A stretch of DNA of 64,000 bases from a virus. The position numbers and the translations under genes were made by a program. The stretch is taken from the IMG/VR virus record IMGVR_UViG_3300049830_000285, positions 64,001 through 128,000 of that record. The stretch is one strand, 5' to 3'. This document shows, in pieces, positions 1 to 9,116 of this stretch. The notes beneath the pieces were generated by a model, which ran no database searches, was not told where the DNA came from, and saw nothing but the letters and a program-made list of their open reading frames with translations. Positions within the stretch are counted from its first letter, which is position 1; each line of letters begins with the position of its first letter.

Positions 1-432
1 GTTGCGAATAAATCTATTTGCACGAAGATTAACCTGGCCCACTAATAGTCGTTCACCGTTTTGTATTTTAGCCAATTCTGTGTGAGCCCATGCTTCGCGT
101 TCTTTCTGAGAATCACTTCTCTGACGGTCTGCGCCCTGTAATCTTTGCTCCCAAATCATCTGAGCAGCCAGTAAAGCGGCAACAGATGGAATTGGTTGTG
201 GATATCCCACTTCTCCGCCCTGATTAACTTTGACTAAAGGTACATCAAATTGCGTGGCAAGAGCGCCGTCAATGTGCGAACATGCTTGTTGAATAAAAAA
301 ATCAACATCAATGTTGGTTAATGATTCCGGGTTGGGATTCATTGGATTCGGTGTCGGATTTTGTCCCTGTGAAACAATTCCCTCGGGAAGATATTGTTTC
401 ACGGAATCTTCATCGCAATAACTACGTGCCAT
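1..432 (-). CDS. Partial (runs off left edge) putative head-tail adaptor, Mu gp36/DUF1320-like
   Basis: Not in the ORF track; translated by hand from ATG at 432: MARSYCDEDSVKQYLP...FFIQQACSHIDGALATQFDVPLVK...PQPIPSVAALLAAQMIWEQR...AHTELAKIQNGERLL. Matches the YC..A...ID..L...VPL...P..IAA.LAA...L..I..G pattern. Start overlaps upstream stop (TAATG). Confidence 0.55.
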   Translation of the reverse strand, partial: MARSYCDEDSVKQYLPEGIVSQGQNPTPNPMNPNPESLTNIDVDFFIQQACSHIDGALATQFDVPLVKVNQGGEVGYPQPIPSVAALLAAQMIWEQRLQGADRQRSDSQKEREAWAHTELAKIQNGERLLVGQVNLRANRFIRN

Positions 433-1154
433 TATTGTTGTTGTACCTCTTGTGGATTATTGTTAGAAATGGGTGCATTAGCCTGCATTTGCTCGTCTTG
501 TTTTAAATACTGAGGTACAAATTCGGTTCCCTCTCCTTCTGGCAGCAAGCCAGTTGCCTCCATATCTTTGCGATGGATTAGAGTATATGTTTTGCTCGTT
601 TCAAGAGCATTGGGCGTATCTGAGGCAGAAGACACAAAACGTGGATATTCAACCTCAACATCCATATAACCACCGGAAACGTCATTATAAATTTCGATTG
701 CATCAGGGGCATAAATACTTCCTTTCATTTTATTTAGGTGTTGGGCTTGTCGCTTTGTTACATTAATTGCCATAACCCAACCGCCACGGTCGTGTGCGAA
801 TTGAATAGCTTTATCTATTGGAAGATTCAAATGCATTGGTTCCTTTAAATTGTAGACGACAATATGAAACTTATCAGCACACGTATAATCTTCCCCTGGC
901 GCTACATAAATATCTAATCCAGATTGTTTTGCGATTTGTGTTGCTTGCCATCCTACTTGTGGACTGTTCGGAGCCACAATACCCACCATATCTAATCCTT
1001 TAATGATAGCTGATGTAAGCATTGATTTCAAAACTGAACTAACATCATTTGTGTTGGCAACCTGGGACATATCGCCTGGATATACGCGCAAATCTACGCG
1101 CATTTGATGTTTGCGTAAAGATGTTCGTATAGATTGCGGTGTATACCAGGACAT
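432..1154 (-). CDS. PHP-fold (polymerase/histidinol phosphatase-like) protein with degenerate metal-binding motifs
   Basis: VDLRVY (cf. DLHxH), A..KGLDMVGIV, PGEDY..FHIVVY, AIQFAHDRGGWV, DAIEIYN follow the PHP motif order, but most His ligands are replaced. Confidence 0.6.
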   Translation of the reverse strand: MSWYTPQSIRTSLRKHQMRVDLRVYPGDMSQVANTNDVSSVLKSMLTSAIIKGLDMVGIVAPNSPQVGWQATQIAKQSGLDIYVAPGEDYTCADKFHIVVYNLKEPMHLNLPIDKAIQFAHDRGGWVMAINVTKRQAQHLNKMKGSIYAPDAIEIYNDVSGGYMDVEVEYPRFVSSASDTPNALETSKTYTLIHRKDMEATGLLPEGEGTEFVPQYLKQDEQMQANAPISNNNPQEVQQQ

Positions 1155-1189
1155 TCTATATTTGCTTTCTGCAAATTAGTCTGGATGTC

Positions 1190-1840
1190 CTATTGTCGTG
1201 CGCAACCACAATCAGAACAGAATTTTTCTCTATCATGAAACTTACGACCACATTCAATACAAAATAAATTAATCTTTTGAAGCCTGCCGCAACTAGAGCA
1301 AAACTTAGCATTATATGGCAAAGTTACATTACATTCTGAATCCGCACATAATTTAGTTCCAGCACTATAAATATCTTCACTCTCAGAAGAGTTTTTAGCC
1401 ACCTTGCGTACTCTATTGTCTAAAACAGCTAATTCTGTGTTAGAAGTTGAATGTGATGCGTTAGATGCCGTAAGCACGCGCTGCGTTGACTGTTGTAAAT
1501 CATCTTCGATGTTTAAAAGTAAATCATCCATATCTTTGTCGGTTATTCCAACACTAGACACTTGCGTTTCTTCTGGAAGCTCTTTCTCTGGTTCATCTTC
1601 GTCCTCATCAAGAGGCATGTTATATTTTTTTGCCAAGTCTTTCATCTGTTGCGAATCCCAAATACTAATATCTGCGCGAGGCATACCAGTTTCTGGGTCA
1701 ATTGTGAAATTTACCTTATCATCTGTAATCGCTGCATCTGGTTTGGCTTGCAACACAGTGTGCCCATATTGATTTTTGGTGATTTCTCTAAAACCAGGCT
1801 CACCGGGTTTTGCATTAAAATTAAAGCGTTCTGTACTCAT
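1190..1840 (-). CDS. Hypothetical protein with acidic linker and C-terminal double zinc ribbon
   Basis: C-terminus CADSEC..AKFCSSCG..FCIECG..EKFCSDCG. Confidence 0.65.
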   Translation of the reverse strand: MSTERFNFNAKPGEPGFREITKNQYGHTVLQAKPDAAITDDKVNFTIDPETGMPRADISIWDSQQMKDLAKKYNMPLDEDEDEPEKELPEETQVSSVGITDKDMDDLLLNIEDDLQQSTQRVLTASNASHSTSNTELAVLDNRVRKVAKNSSESEDIYSAGTKLCADSECNVTLPYNAKFCSSCGRLQKINLFCIECGRKFHDREKFCSDCGCARQ

Positions 1841-1879
1841 TTTTTGACCTTTTTTTGTTTCTGGCCGACTCCGAGTTGT

Positions 1880-2365
1880 TTATACAGCAGGTTTCATTTG
1901 TTTTGCTTCAGACTTAGACCATTTAAAACTTTCAACATCCACTCCAAGTTGGTCGCCAATACCCAAAATGTAATTCATCATATCAGCTTCAGAAACACCG
2001 TCAGGTGCTTTGAAGATAACAGTACACGTATGAGTCTTTCTGTCATCCACAACTGGCTCTTCGCCTGGACGCATTTTTACAAAACTAGAAATACCAGGGT
2101 TCATCGAGGATTCTTGTTCGCCTTCATCGGCTGTATCGCCCTCATCTGCCATATTTTGGAAAGACGGATTGTACCCGCCACTACCGCCAGCCATATTAGT
2201 TGATTGCCCAGTGTCTCCAAAGAATTGAGCGATTCTGCGCAACTCTTTAGCTCGTGGGTGGTTAATAGATTCCAATTTGCTTGCAATCCTTTCAATATTC
2301 TGCTTCATTTCTGCAACGTTCTCTTTCATTTGTCCACCTGTGGAATTTTTTACGATTTTTGACAC
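1880..2365 (-). CDS. Hypothetical protein (possible virion-associated)
   Basis: 161-aa ORF in a minus-strand run; N-terminal helix IERIASKLESINHPRAKELRRIAQ; small alpha/beta C-terminal domain. Confidence 0.6.
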   Translation of the reverse strand: MSKIVKNSTGGQMKENVAEMKQNIERIASKLESINHPRAKELRRIAQFFGDTGQSTNMAGGSGGYNPSFQNMADEGDTADEGEQESSMNPGISSFVKMRPGEEPVVDDRKTHTCTVIFKAPDGVSEADMMNYILGIGDQLGVDVESFKWSKSEAKQMKPAV

Positions 2366-2448
2366 CCTATAATTAGGCTATATACTTTACTTAGATACAA
2401 TTGTAGTTTTCTCCTACTTCATTAAAATTAGCATATAAGTCAAAATTG

Positions 2449-3618
2449 TTACTTATTAAGATTCGTTTCGAACTTTCTAAGTGCCTCTAGAATTTCTCCT
2501 TCAGAGGATTTATCGAGAATATCTGACATACTCATTCCTTTCTTTCGATATTCTACTGCTTCAGGCCAAATTTTATTGATTGGATGCTCGCTTAATATCT
2601 TGGGGTCAGTGTTATCAGCAATTTCTGCATATGAATCATTAACATATTTAGACAGTGTAAGCATTCTATTAATTAGCGATTGTGTTGAGAATATTTCCCC
2701 GGTTATTCCGCTGCTAAGCGAAGCATGACTACCAGTACCTCCTCCACCACTACCCGTGTTATAGCCACTTCCTGCATCCATCATGCGAATTTCTCGCAAA
2801 GCTGTAAGTTCATCTTGCGGAGAATAAAATTGAAGCATTTGAAGAAATTTGGGATTTCTTAATTTTAATCTGTGAAAATATTTGTCGATGAGAATATAAC
2901 CCTCGTAAGATAATGGGTCACTATTCTTCTCAATCAATTTTTGAGCACTTTCTAAATCTTTTACTTTCACGAAAGGTACTTTTAAATTTGGAAATTCCAT
3001 CTCATAAATATCTAATTCTTCTAATGTATCTCGGGCTATGGCAGCTATCAGAGTAACTTTTCTATCTGTGTAAACTACCACAACTCTATTTTCGGGTGAT
3101 GTTATTTCAAATGTGTAGAAAATATCTTGATTGAGTTGCGAAGTGAATGTATTCCAATCACTTCCCATGTCTTGAATGCATTTTTCCACTAGCTGTCGCC
3201 AAGTATAATTTGAAGGACTAGCGTTAATTGTGTAATTTTTGATATCACCATCAGTGGAATGTCTAGTACATACGCGCCATTCATTCTGATAATGGTAAAA
3301 TGTGATAAGAGCGCCATCTAATTTGGTCATAGCCCGAGCGCTTGACCAGTCAAAGTTAGCAATGGTTGGTGCTGCATAAGTTTCTTCTACTGCGAAAAAA
3401 GCCTCAGGCGACTTACTTACAACATTCCATGTTCCTACTTCCAGCACGAGTGCGCGACTCTCTTGTACAATTTTCGAATCCATTGGTGAAAGAACTCTGT
3501 AATTAAATACTACTCGTTGGTTGTCAGACGAGTAGTTGTGTTGAATCTCATATCTTTGGTATAAATCTTCTAGGGTTTTACCAGAGCGTAAAAAAGTTTG
3601 AATGGCGAGTTCTTTCAT
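2449..3618 (-). CDS. T4 Rnl1-family RNA ligase (divergent)
   Basis: ESRALVLE, TKLDGALITFY (KxDG), TFEITSPENRVVVVY, YEGYIL, RLKLR in the order expected for Rnl1. Confidence 0.8.
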   Translation of the reverse strand: MKELAIQTFLRSGKTLEDLYQRYEIQHNYSSDNQRVVFNYRVLSPMDSKIVQESRALVLEVGTWNVVSKSPEAFFAVEETYAAPTIANFDWSSARAMTKLDGALITFYHYQNEWRVCTRHSTDGDIKNYTINASPSNYTWRQLVEKCIQDMGSDWNTFTSQLNQDIFYTFEITSPENRVVVVYTDRKVTLIAAIARDTLEELDIYEMEFPNLKVPFVKVKDLESAQKLIEKNSDPLSYEGYILIDKYFHRLKLRNPKFLQMLQFYSPQDELTALREIRMMDAGSGYNTGSGGGGTGSHASLSSGITGEIFSTQSLINRMLTLSKYVNDSYAEIADNTDPKILSEHPINKIWPEAVEYRKKGMSMSDILDKSSEGEILEALRKFETNLNK

Positions 3619-3669
3619 GAATATGTTTTTCGCATTAAGGAATCAATTTACCTTATACGACAAGTGACC

Positions 3670-4515
3670 TCAATGTGTGGGCCAAATATCAAAAATCTCT
3701 TTAGAAGCATAGCAAACTTTAAGTAACTTGCTATAGTAACTGAACAATTTTATATCATCTCCTTGAATAATTTTTGTAAAAAAGTCTTTCGGGTCTGTGT
3801 TTCTGATATTACCGCACACGATAGTTTTAATATTTTGTGCAGCACAAAAATGAGCCAAAGAATTACTTGTTGTTATTACCCCGTCAGCAAGTTCAGCTAG
3901 CGCAAATACGTGATTCATGGTGGGGGTTTGATTTGTCAATCTAACAATGTTGTTGAAAGTTTCCAAAGGAGAATCATCCCATTCTTTTCCAATAGTCACG
4001 AATGTTTTTTCCTGGTCTCTTATTATCCATAAAATATATTCCCACCAATGCGGCCAATGTGCTTGACGATTAACGGTGTTGATGCTATATGGTTGAAGTA
4101 AATAAAACGGTCTCGGTATATTTACACAAACATTAGCCGCCCAATCTTTAGCTTCTTGTGGAAGATTTAAATTCCTTGCAAGAGGATAATCTGAGTTGTA
4201 ATGGCTACTTTCTTCAAATGACAGTGCGGTATTTACAATATCGTCTGGAGTCAACCCCGTGTTTCCAAGAATAGTCAGCAATCCTTGTTCATATAATTCT
4301 GGTGTCCAAAGCGCTTGCATTGTGGTTTGAAATTCAACAACATCTTTGTGTCGGGTTGTTCGAATGTCGGTGATAAACGTTTGGCATTTAAGAAAATCCT
4401 CCATTCCATCTATTCCACCAAAATACACAATCCCACCAGTACCTATTTTTTGTTGGAAGAAACCAAGTGCGCAAATTACATCACCCCAGTTTCCAATAGC
4501 AGTTCCGTATTTCAT
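3670..4515 (-). CDS. GT9-like (heptosyltransferase fold) glycosyltransferase
   Basis: N-terminal AIGNWGDVICAL and C-terminal LADGVITTSNSLAHFCAAQNIKTIV match the GT-B/GT9 GD and D/NS..xH.A.A motifs. Confidence 0.6.
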   Translation of the reverse strand: MKYGTAIGNWGDVICALGFFQQKIGTGGIVYFGGIDGMEDFLKCQTFITDIRTTRHKDVVEFQTTMQALWTPELYEQGLLTILGNTGLTPDDIVNTALSFEESSHYNSDYPLARNLNLPQEAKDWAANVCVNIPRPFYLLQPYSINTVNRQAHWPHWWEYILWIIRDQEKTFVTIGKEWDDSPLETFNNIVRLTNQTPTMNHVFALAELADGVITTSNSLAHFCAAQNIKTIVCGNIRNTDPKDFFTKIIQGDDIKLFSYYSKLLKVCYASKEIFDIWPTH

Positions 4516-6461
4516 TCAGTGTCTCCCAAATACGGCTGAATGAAATACAGGTCATCAATGTTATTTTCGGTTATTTGCTCTAGCTGAAGTCCAGCCGAAT
4601 TGAGTCTGCGATTTAATCCCGTAATATTACAAACCGGGAATTTGCTATCTGTTATGTAAAATTTTCCCTTTGGTGATAGCAGATTATAGGCTAATAATAT
4701 TTGAGAACTAACTGTGCGAAGACTATTATGAGTGCCACAGAAAATCAAATCAAATTTATCATCTGATTCTTGTTGGTTTTTTAAGTAAACCAAAATATCT
4801 TCATTAACTTTGATAATACTTTTCTGCTCATCTTCTGAAAGTGCAGAAATAATTTGGTCATATTCAACTGGGGGATTCATTTCAACAGATGTGATTACTC
4901 CATTAACACCCGAACATGCAGATGCTAAGCAAGCGGTCATTAATCCAGCTCTGGCATTAATTTCTAATATCTTTGGCTTATGTTTTTTTTCAATAATATC
5001 ACATAAATATTTGTAGATATAGACATGTTTTTGAATACTATCTATGTCAGAATACATAACTCTGAGTTGAGGCTGCGCTCTAATAGTTTTTGCGAAAGAT
5101 TGTAACAAGTATGTGATGTTTGAAAATGTGTCTAGGTTTTTAACACCAAATTGACAGTCGGGTGTGTGTGAAAATTTGTTTTCGAATTGTGCATATTTCT
5201 CCTTTCCGGGTAATCCGTTAAAATGTAATACATTTATCAAATGTTTGTCATGGAAAGCAACAATGAAATTATCATGTATTTGAATTTCTGGAGTGACGTG
5301 ACACATTTGAAAATTGAATAAGTGGCTTATTTCTGTGTAAAGACCTGTTTTAGCTAATGCTAAATTGAAAATCGCTTGTTCTCTCCATTTAATTGACGGA
5401 TTTTTCACATCCCACACTGAGCTTCTGGGCATATAAGAGCGCATGGTGCTATCTAACGACAGCCATGCTTTTCTACCGCCTGCAATTACGCCTCCATTAA
5501 CAATGAATGTATTTTCCCCTTCGTATCCTACTCGCAAAAACATGTCATCTCCCTCAGCTCCTTTATAGGGGAATATATCTGTTGATATCAAATGTCTTAA
5601 TGTAAAATTTGAAGGAATCAAATTTTCTTCTCTGCTGACTAAAATATTTCTTTCATCTGTGGTTTTCAATGTGTCAAATATCGGAGCAAGGCTTTTTAGG
5701 ATAATCATATCAGCATCAAGCATCAAATAATAATCTGCGTTAATAAAACTAGCAACGCTATAAACTAATGATTTCAATAGAAGAGTTTGCGTATTTTCTA
5801 CGGTAATAGAAAACATAGTAGCATTGTATTTCTTTGCCAATTTTTTGCATTTATCATCTGGATTCATTACAAAGAAAAATAATGATGCGTCTTGGCATTC
5901 ACCGTTGACAAATAGGGAACCCAACATATTATCTAACATATTAACGTAATTTGGAGTTAGAGTAGTGAATATACATTTTTCACATACGGGAAGTTTATCT
6001 GGTACTCGTCCATATGCTCGACCTAGTACGCTTGGAAACAAAACATGCTTCTCCTTGTGAACGGCTGGTTGAATCCAAACTGGGTGACATCCGATTGGGC
6101 TTTTTGTTTCCACGACAAGTTTAATCTTTTGCGCTCCGTTGAGATTCGCAAAAATTTCTCTTGGCTCGTCGCCACCCGCCACGTTACACGCAGCAGCAAC
6201 AAGAACATCATCTGCATACACTAGAAAATCACAGTAAGCACCAGGGAACGAAGAGTCGTTAAATCCTATTTGAGTAGTAAAGTATTCATAATCACCATTA
6301 ATATCATAAACCACTTGTCCATGGGGATGAAAAGATAATGCGTTGGTAAAATATCTTCCTCGCACTGACACCAATAAATCTTCATATCCCATCTTTCCGC
6401 CTATACCAAGTTCGCCGTACACGCACTCAAATAAAACTGGGTTAAGGTCACACAGGAGCAT
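4512..6461 (-). CDS. Tri-domain protein: NPCBM-like carbohydrate-binding module + GT8-like glycosyltransferase + class I SAM methyltransferase-like domain
   Basis: N-term LSFHPHGQVVYDINGDYEYFTTQIG..FLVYADD..LNGAQKIKLVV (NPCBM/NEW2); middle YYLMLDADMII, NGGVIAG, EQAIFN, HFNG (GT8); C-term ILEINARAGLMT, KFDLIF, LLSPKGKFYI. Confidence 0.7.
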   Translation of the reverse strand: MLLCDLNPVLFECVYGELGIGGKMGYEDLLVSVRGRYFTNALSFHPHGQVVYDINGDYEYFTTQIGFNDSSFPGAYCDFLVYADDVLVAAACNVAGGDEPREIFANLNGAQKIKLVVETKSPIGCHPVWIQPAVHKEKHVLFPSVLGRAYGRVPDKLPVCEKCIFTTLTPNYVNMLDNMLGSLFVNGECQDASLFFFVMNPDDKCKKLAKKYNATMFSITVENTQTLLLKSLVYSVASFINADYYLMLDADMIILKSLAPIFDTLKTTDERNILVSREENLIPSNFTLRHLISTDIFPYKGAEGDDMFLRVGYEGENTFIVNGGVIAGGRKAWLSLDSTMRSYMPRSSVWDVKNPSIKWREQAIFNLALAKTGLYTEISHLFNFQMCHVTPEIQIHDNFIVAFHDKHLINVLHFNGLPGKEKYAQFENKFSHTPDCQFGVKNLDTFSNITYLLQSFAKTIRAQPQLRVMYSDIDSIQKHVYIYKYLCDIIEKKHKPKILEINARAGLMTACLASACSGVNGVITSVEMNPPVEYDQIISALSEDEQKSIIKVNEDILVYLKNQQESDDKFDLIFCGTHNSLRTVSSQILLAYNLLSPKGKFYITDSKFPVCNITGLNRRLNSAGLQLEQITENNIDDLYFIQPYLGDTE

Positions 6462-7975
6462 TATTTTACCAACCAGGAATCAACAAGTTGTTTAGTCGAT
6501 TCAGAATAATAGTGATATGATTGAAACTTGTACAAATCCAACGACTCAATATATAGCGTCTGCCTATCAACACCGTCACCGTATACATCCCCAAAATATA
6601 CAAAATTGATATTATCGGAGATATCAAAGTAAGCTGAATCGGTCATCCTAGAATACATTTTTTCGCTTAATATTGCTTGCATTTTATTGCAATTTTTAAG
6701 TTGCAAAATATAAGGTCTCATTTCTTGGATTGCTTTTTTGGAGAATAATCCCATGTTAAGCCATCCTTCTTTAAACACGGATACGTAATTGGCTTTATGA
6801 CCAAATGCTGCAATTTTGGTCATAAAATTTTGACCAACTTTTGCCGTATCGTGCATTACGAACCATCTATCTCCCCCAAATCCCTTTTCAGCAATATCAA
6901 TTAATGCATTGTGGTCATAAGAGTTGTGTTGCACGTAGCTATAAAGAATGCCATTTTTGCGCTCTAAATATTCTTTTGGCGAACCGCCAACAACAACTAG
7001 TATTCTTTCTTTTTGAACTGCGGCTTCTTCTAGGCTTTTCAGCAATACGGGAAGTGTTTTTTGAACAGTAGAAACGTGTGATGAAATGGCTATATTTATT
7101 TCATCGTTATCCGAAATAAATAGACTACCAAGGGGAAATCCCATATCAAAATTGCTCACATCATCGTCACAATTATATTGTTTGTGATGTGATTCTATTT
7201 TACTATTTAGTGCTTGATAGCGGCTGAGTATAGCTGTTTTTTCTAGATAATCTAAGTATTTATCATCGGAAAACCATGAACATATAGAATTGCCGCATAT
7301 AGCGGAAAACACCGAGTCCATTTCTTTAAAATGATTTGCAAACGTGTCGCCGCGAGAAGCAAAAGCATATTTGTGCTTGGTTTCTTTCGAGGTGGGAATA
7401 TAGTATTCAAATTTCATATTTTCCACTCCCTTGGATTCAGCTTCATCAAGAAAACTTTCGTGAATTTGTTTTCTAAACTCCGGTTTTGCATCTTTTATCG
7501 TAAAGGTGTCGAAATATTCAGTATCCCATCGCCAAAGCAGATATGGCTTCAAATGATTGGTTACTTGATAAATATATGTAGTTCTGTCTGTATTAACAAC
7601 AGCGGGACAAATCAATTCATATTCTGGGTTGTTAATTACAAATTCTGATAAAGTTTCTATACATTTATTGTCAATGAAGCATATTTTATCTGCGAAATAT
7701 AAGCATAAATCTTGATTGGTGTGTTTTGTTTTTCTCAGAAAATCAGTAACAGATTGGTTGAAACTTTTATTTACGTTTAGCTGAGATATTGTGATTTTGT
7801 CACCATATTCTATAGCAACAGTTTGTAGGTAGCCCTTAGTATACGTGTCATCATGCCGCATAAGTAAGATAAGAGAATCTACACTCTTTTGAGCCAATAT
7901 TTGTGGAATGACTATTTTGGCATATTTGTGGTTGGATATAGCCAAATAAACAACTATTTTACAATCTCTTACCAT
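6461..7975 (-). CDS. Putative two-domain GT-A glycosyltransferase
   Basis: LYFADKICFID and C-terminal ILVVVGGS..HNSYDHNAL..WFVMHDTAKVG resemble GT2-type folds; coupled to the GT cluster. Start set at ATG 7975 (track start 7981 is TTG). Confidence 0.5.
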   Translation of the reverse strand: MVRDCKIVVYLAISNHKYAKIVIPQILAQKSVDSLILLMRHDDTYTKGYLQTVAIEYGDKITISQLNVNKSFNQSVTDFLRKTKHTNQDLCLYFADKICFIDNKCIETLSEFVINNPEYELICPAVVNTDRTTYIYQVTNHLKPYLLWRWDTEYFDTFTIKDAKPEFRKQIHESFLDEAESKGVENMKFEYYIPTSKETKHKYAFASRGDTFANHFKEMDSVFSAICGNSICSWFSDDKYLDYLEKTAILSRYQALNSKIESHHKQYNCDDDVSNFDMGFPLGSLFISDNDEINIAISSHVSTVQKTLPVLLKSLEEAAVQKERILVVVGGSPKEYLERKNGILYSYVQHNSYDHNALIDIAEKGFGGDRWFVMHDTAKVGQNFMTKIAAFGHKANYVSVFKEGWLNMGLFSKKAIQEMRPYILQLKNCNKMQAILSEKMYSRMTDSAYFDISDNINFVYFGDVYGDGVDRQTLYIESLDLYKFQSYHYYSESTKQLVDSWLVK

Positions 7976-7990
7976 ATGCAATGTTATACA

Positions 7991-9052
7991 TTAAACACCG
8001 CCTTTCCAAAGCTGCCTAAAGAATCTAGAGCGCCCGCCCGGAAGCATATGTGTTTGTGTAACAATGGTACGAATCTTGGGATAAGAAGAAATTGGAAGCG
8101 TTTTAAGTGCCATTTTCCACCATTCTTCATAAGACTTCATAGTTTCTCTAATGTCTTTAATGGCATCATATGCGTCCCTGTCAGGGTCTTGCACGAGCAA
8201 CCGCCATTCTCGGTCATTTAAGTTGGCTAAAAGCTGTCTGTAGAGCCAGAATGCAGCGCCTTGAACAACACCTTGCTCCCACCAAAATGGCATTTGTCCA
8301 ACGCTACTAATTTTTGGTGCCCCTGGCTGTGAGCTGATTGCTTGCAGGGCGTAAATTGTTGCAGCATTAATTTCATAGTTGGTGAACATTTTAACGGGGT
8401 ATGTTGCATATACTGTATCATAGTCATGAATCGTGTATGGAGAGCCATCTGAGCTTCTGAAAAAATGCACGCGACCCTGATAATCAAGTCTGTACAACAA
8501 GCCATCAGCATAGTTATCTGTACCTCCACTAATGGTTTTGAAAATAGGTGTGTTTTCACTTAATACAATAACGGGACTTCTGTCACCATCATTTGAAGCG
8601 CCAGAAATATGGATTTGCGGTCTTGGAAAGTAATTCCAGTTATTGTATGCGAATTTACACCAACTTCTGTCAGTTCCTTCAAAAACACCTTGCTCTCGAT
8701 ACACCATTTTTCTGGTAAATTGTCGAACTTCATACAGAATACTGGAAATGATTAAATATTCGTCACCAGAAAAAGGCTGAGTTGTGGCAACTACATTATT
8801 GCTAGCATTAATTTCTTGAATCTTATAGTAAGTGCTCGGGTTGCCTTTTTTATCTACATATTCATCCATTGGAAAATCAACAGTGCCAATAAGTGAATAG
8901 TTACCATCTAAGTGTGTAGAACTTAAAATATTGTATTTGATAATGCCACTGGTATTGATTCTATCCCATCGTACTAAAATCCCCGGTAGAGCCATACTTT
9001 GAAAATATGACTCTGCTACATCTTGATTTGCGCCTAATGGTGTATCTGCCAT
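7991..9052 (-). CDS. Hypothetical protein, probable virion component (N-terminal FN3/Ig-like strand pattern)
   Basis: ILVRWDRINTSGIIKYNILSS..YSLIGTV pattern; 353-aa ORF. Confidence 0.5.
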   Translation of the reverse strand: MADTPLGANQDVAESYFQSMALPGILVRWDRINTSGIIKYNILSSTHLDGNYSLIGTVDFPMDEYVDKKGNPSTYYKIQEINASNNVVATTQPFSGDEYLIISSILYEVRQFTRKMVYREQGVFEGTDRSWCKFAYNNWNYFPRPQIHISGASNDGDRSPVIVLSENTPIFKTISGGTDNYADGLLYRLDYQGRVHFFRSSDGSPYTIHDYDTVYATYPVKMFTNYEINAATIYALQAISSQPGAPKISSVGQMPFWWEQGVVQGAAFWLYRQLLANLNDREWRLLVQDPDRDAYDAIKDIRETMKSYEEWWKMALKTLPISSYPKIRTIVTQTHMLPGGRSRFFRQLWKGGV

Positions 9053-9064
9053 GTTGTTAAATTC

Positions 9065-9096
9065 GAAAGGCGATAGGGTTTTACCTATCGCCTTTC
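9065..9096. terminator. Perfect 13-bp hairpin, likely intrinsic terminator/processing site
   Basis: gaaaggcgatagg-gtttta-cctatcgcctttc just downstream of the 9117-10154 minus-strand ORF; U-tract weak. Confidence 0.65.
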
Positions 9097-9116
9097 ATAA
9101 AACACTTGATTACTTA

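Noticed and set aside
2366-2448. tRNA or structured ncRNA in intergenic gaps
   Set aside because: Gaps are short and AT-rich; no cloverleaf or T-arm consensus seen by eye. tRNAscan-SE/Infernal would be decisive.
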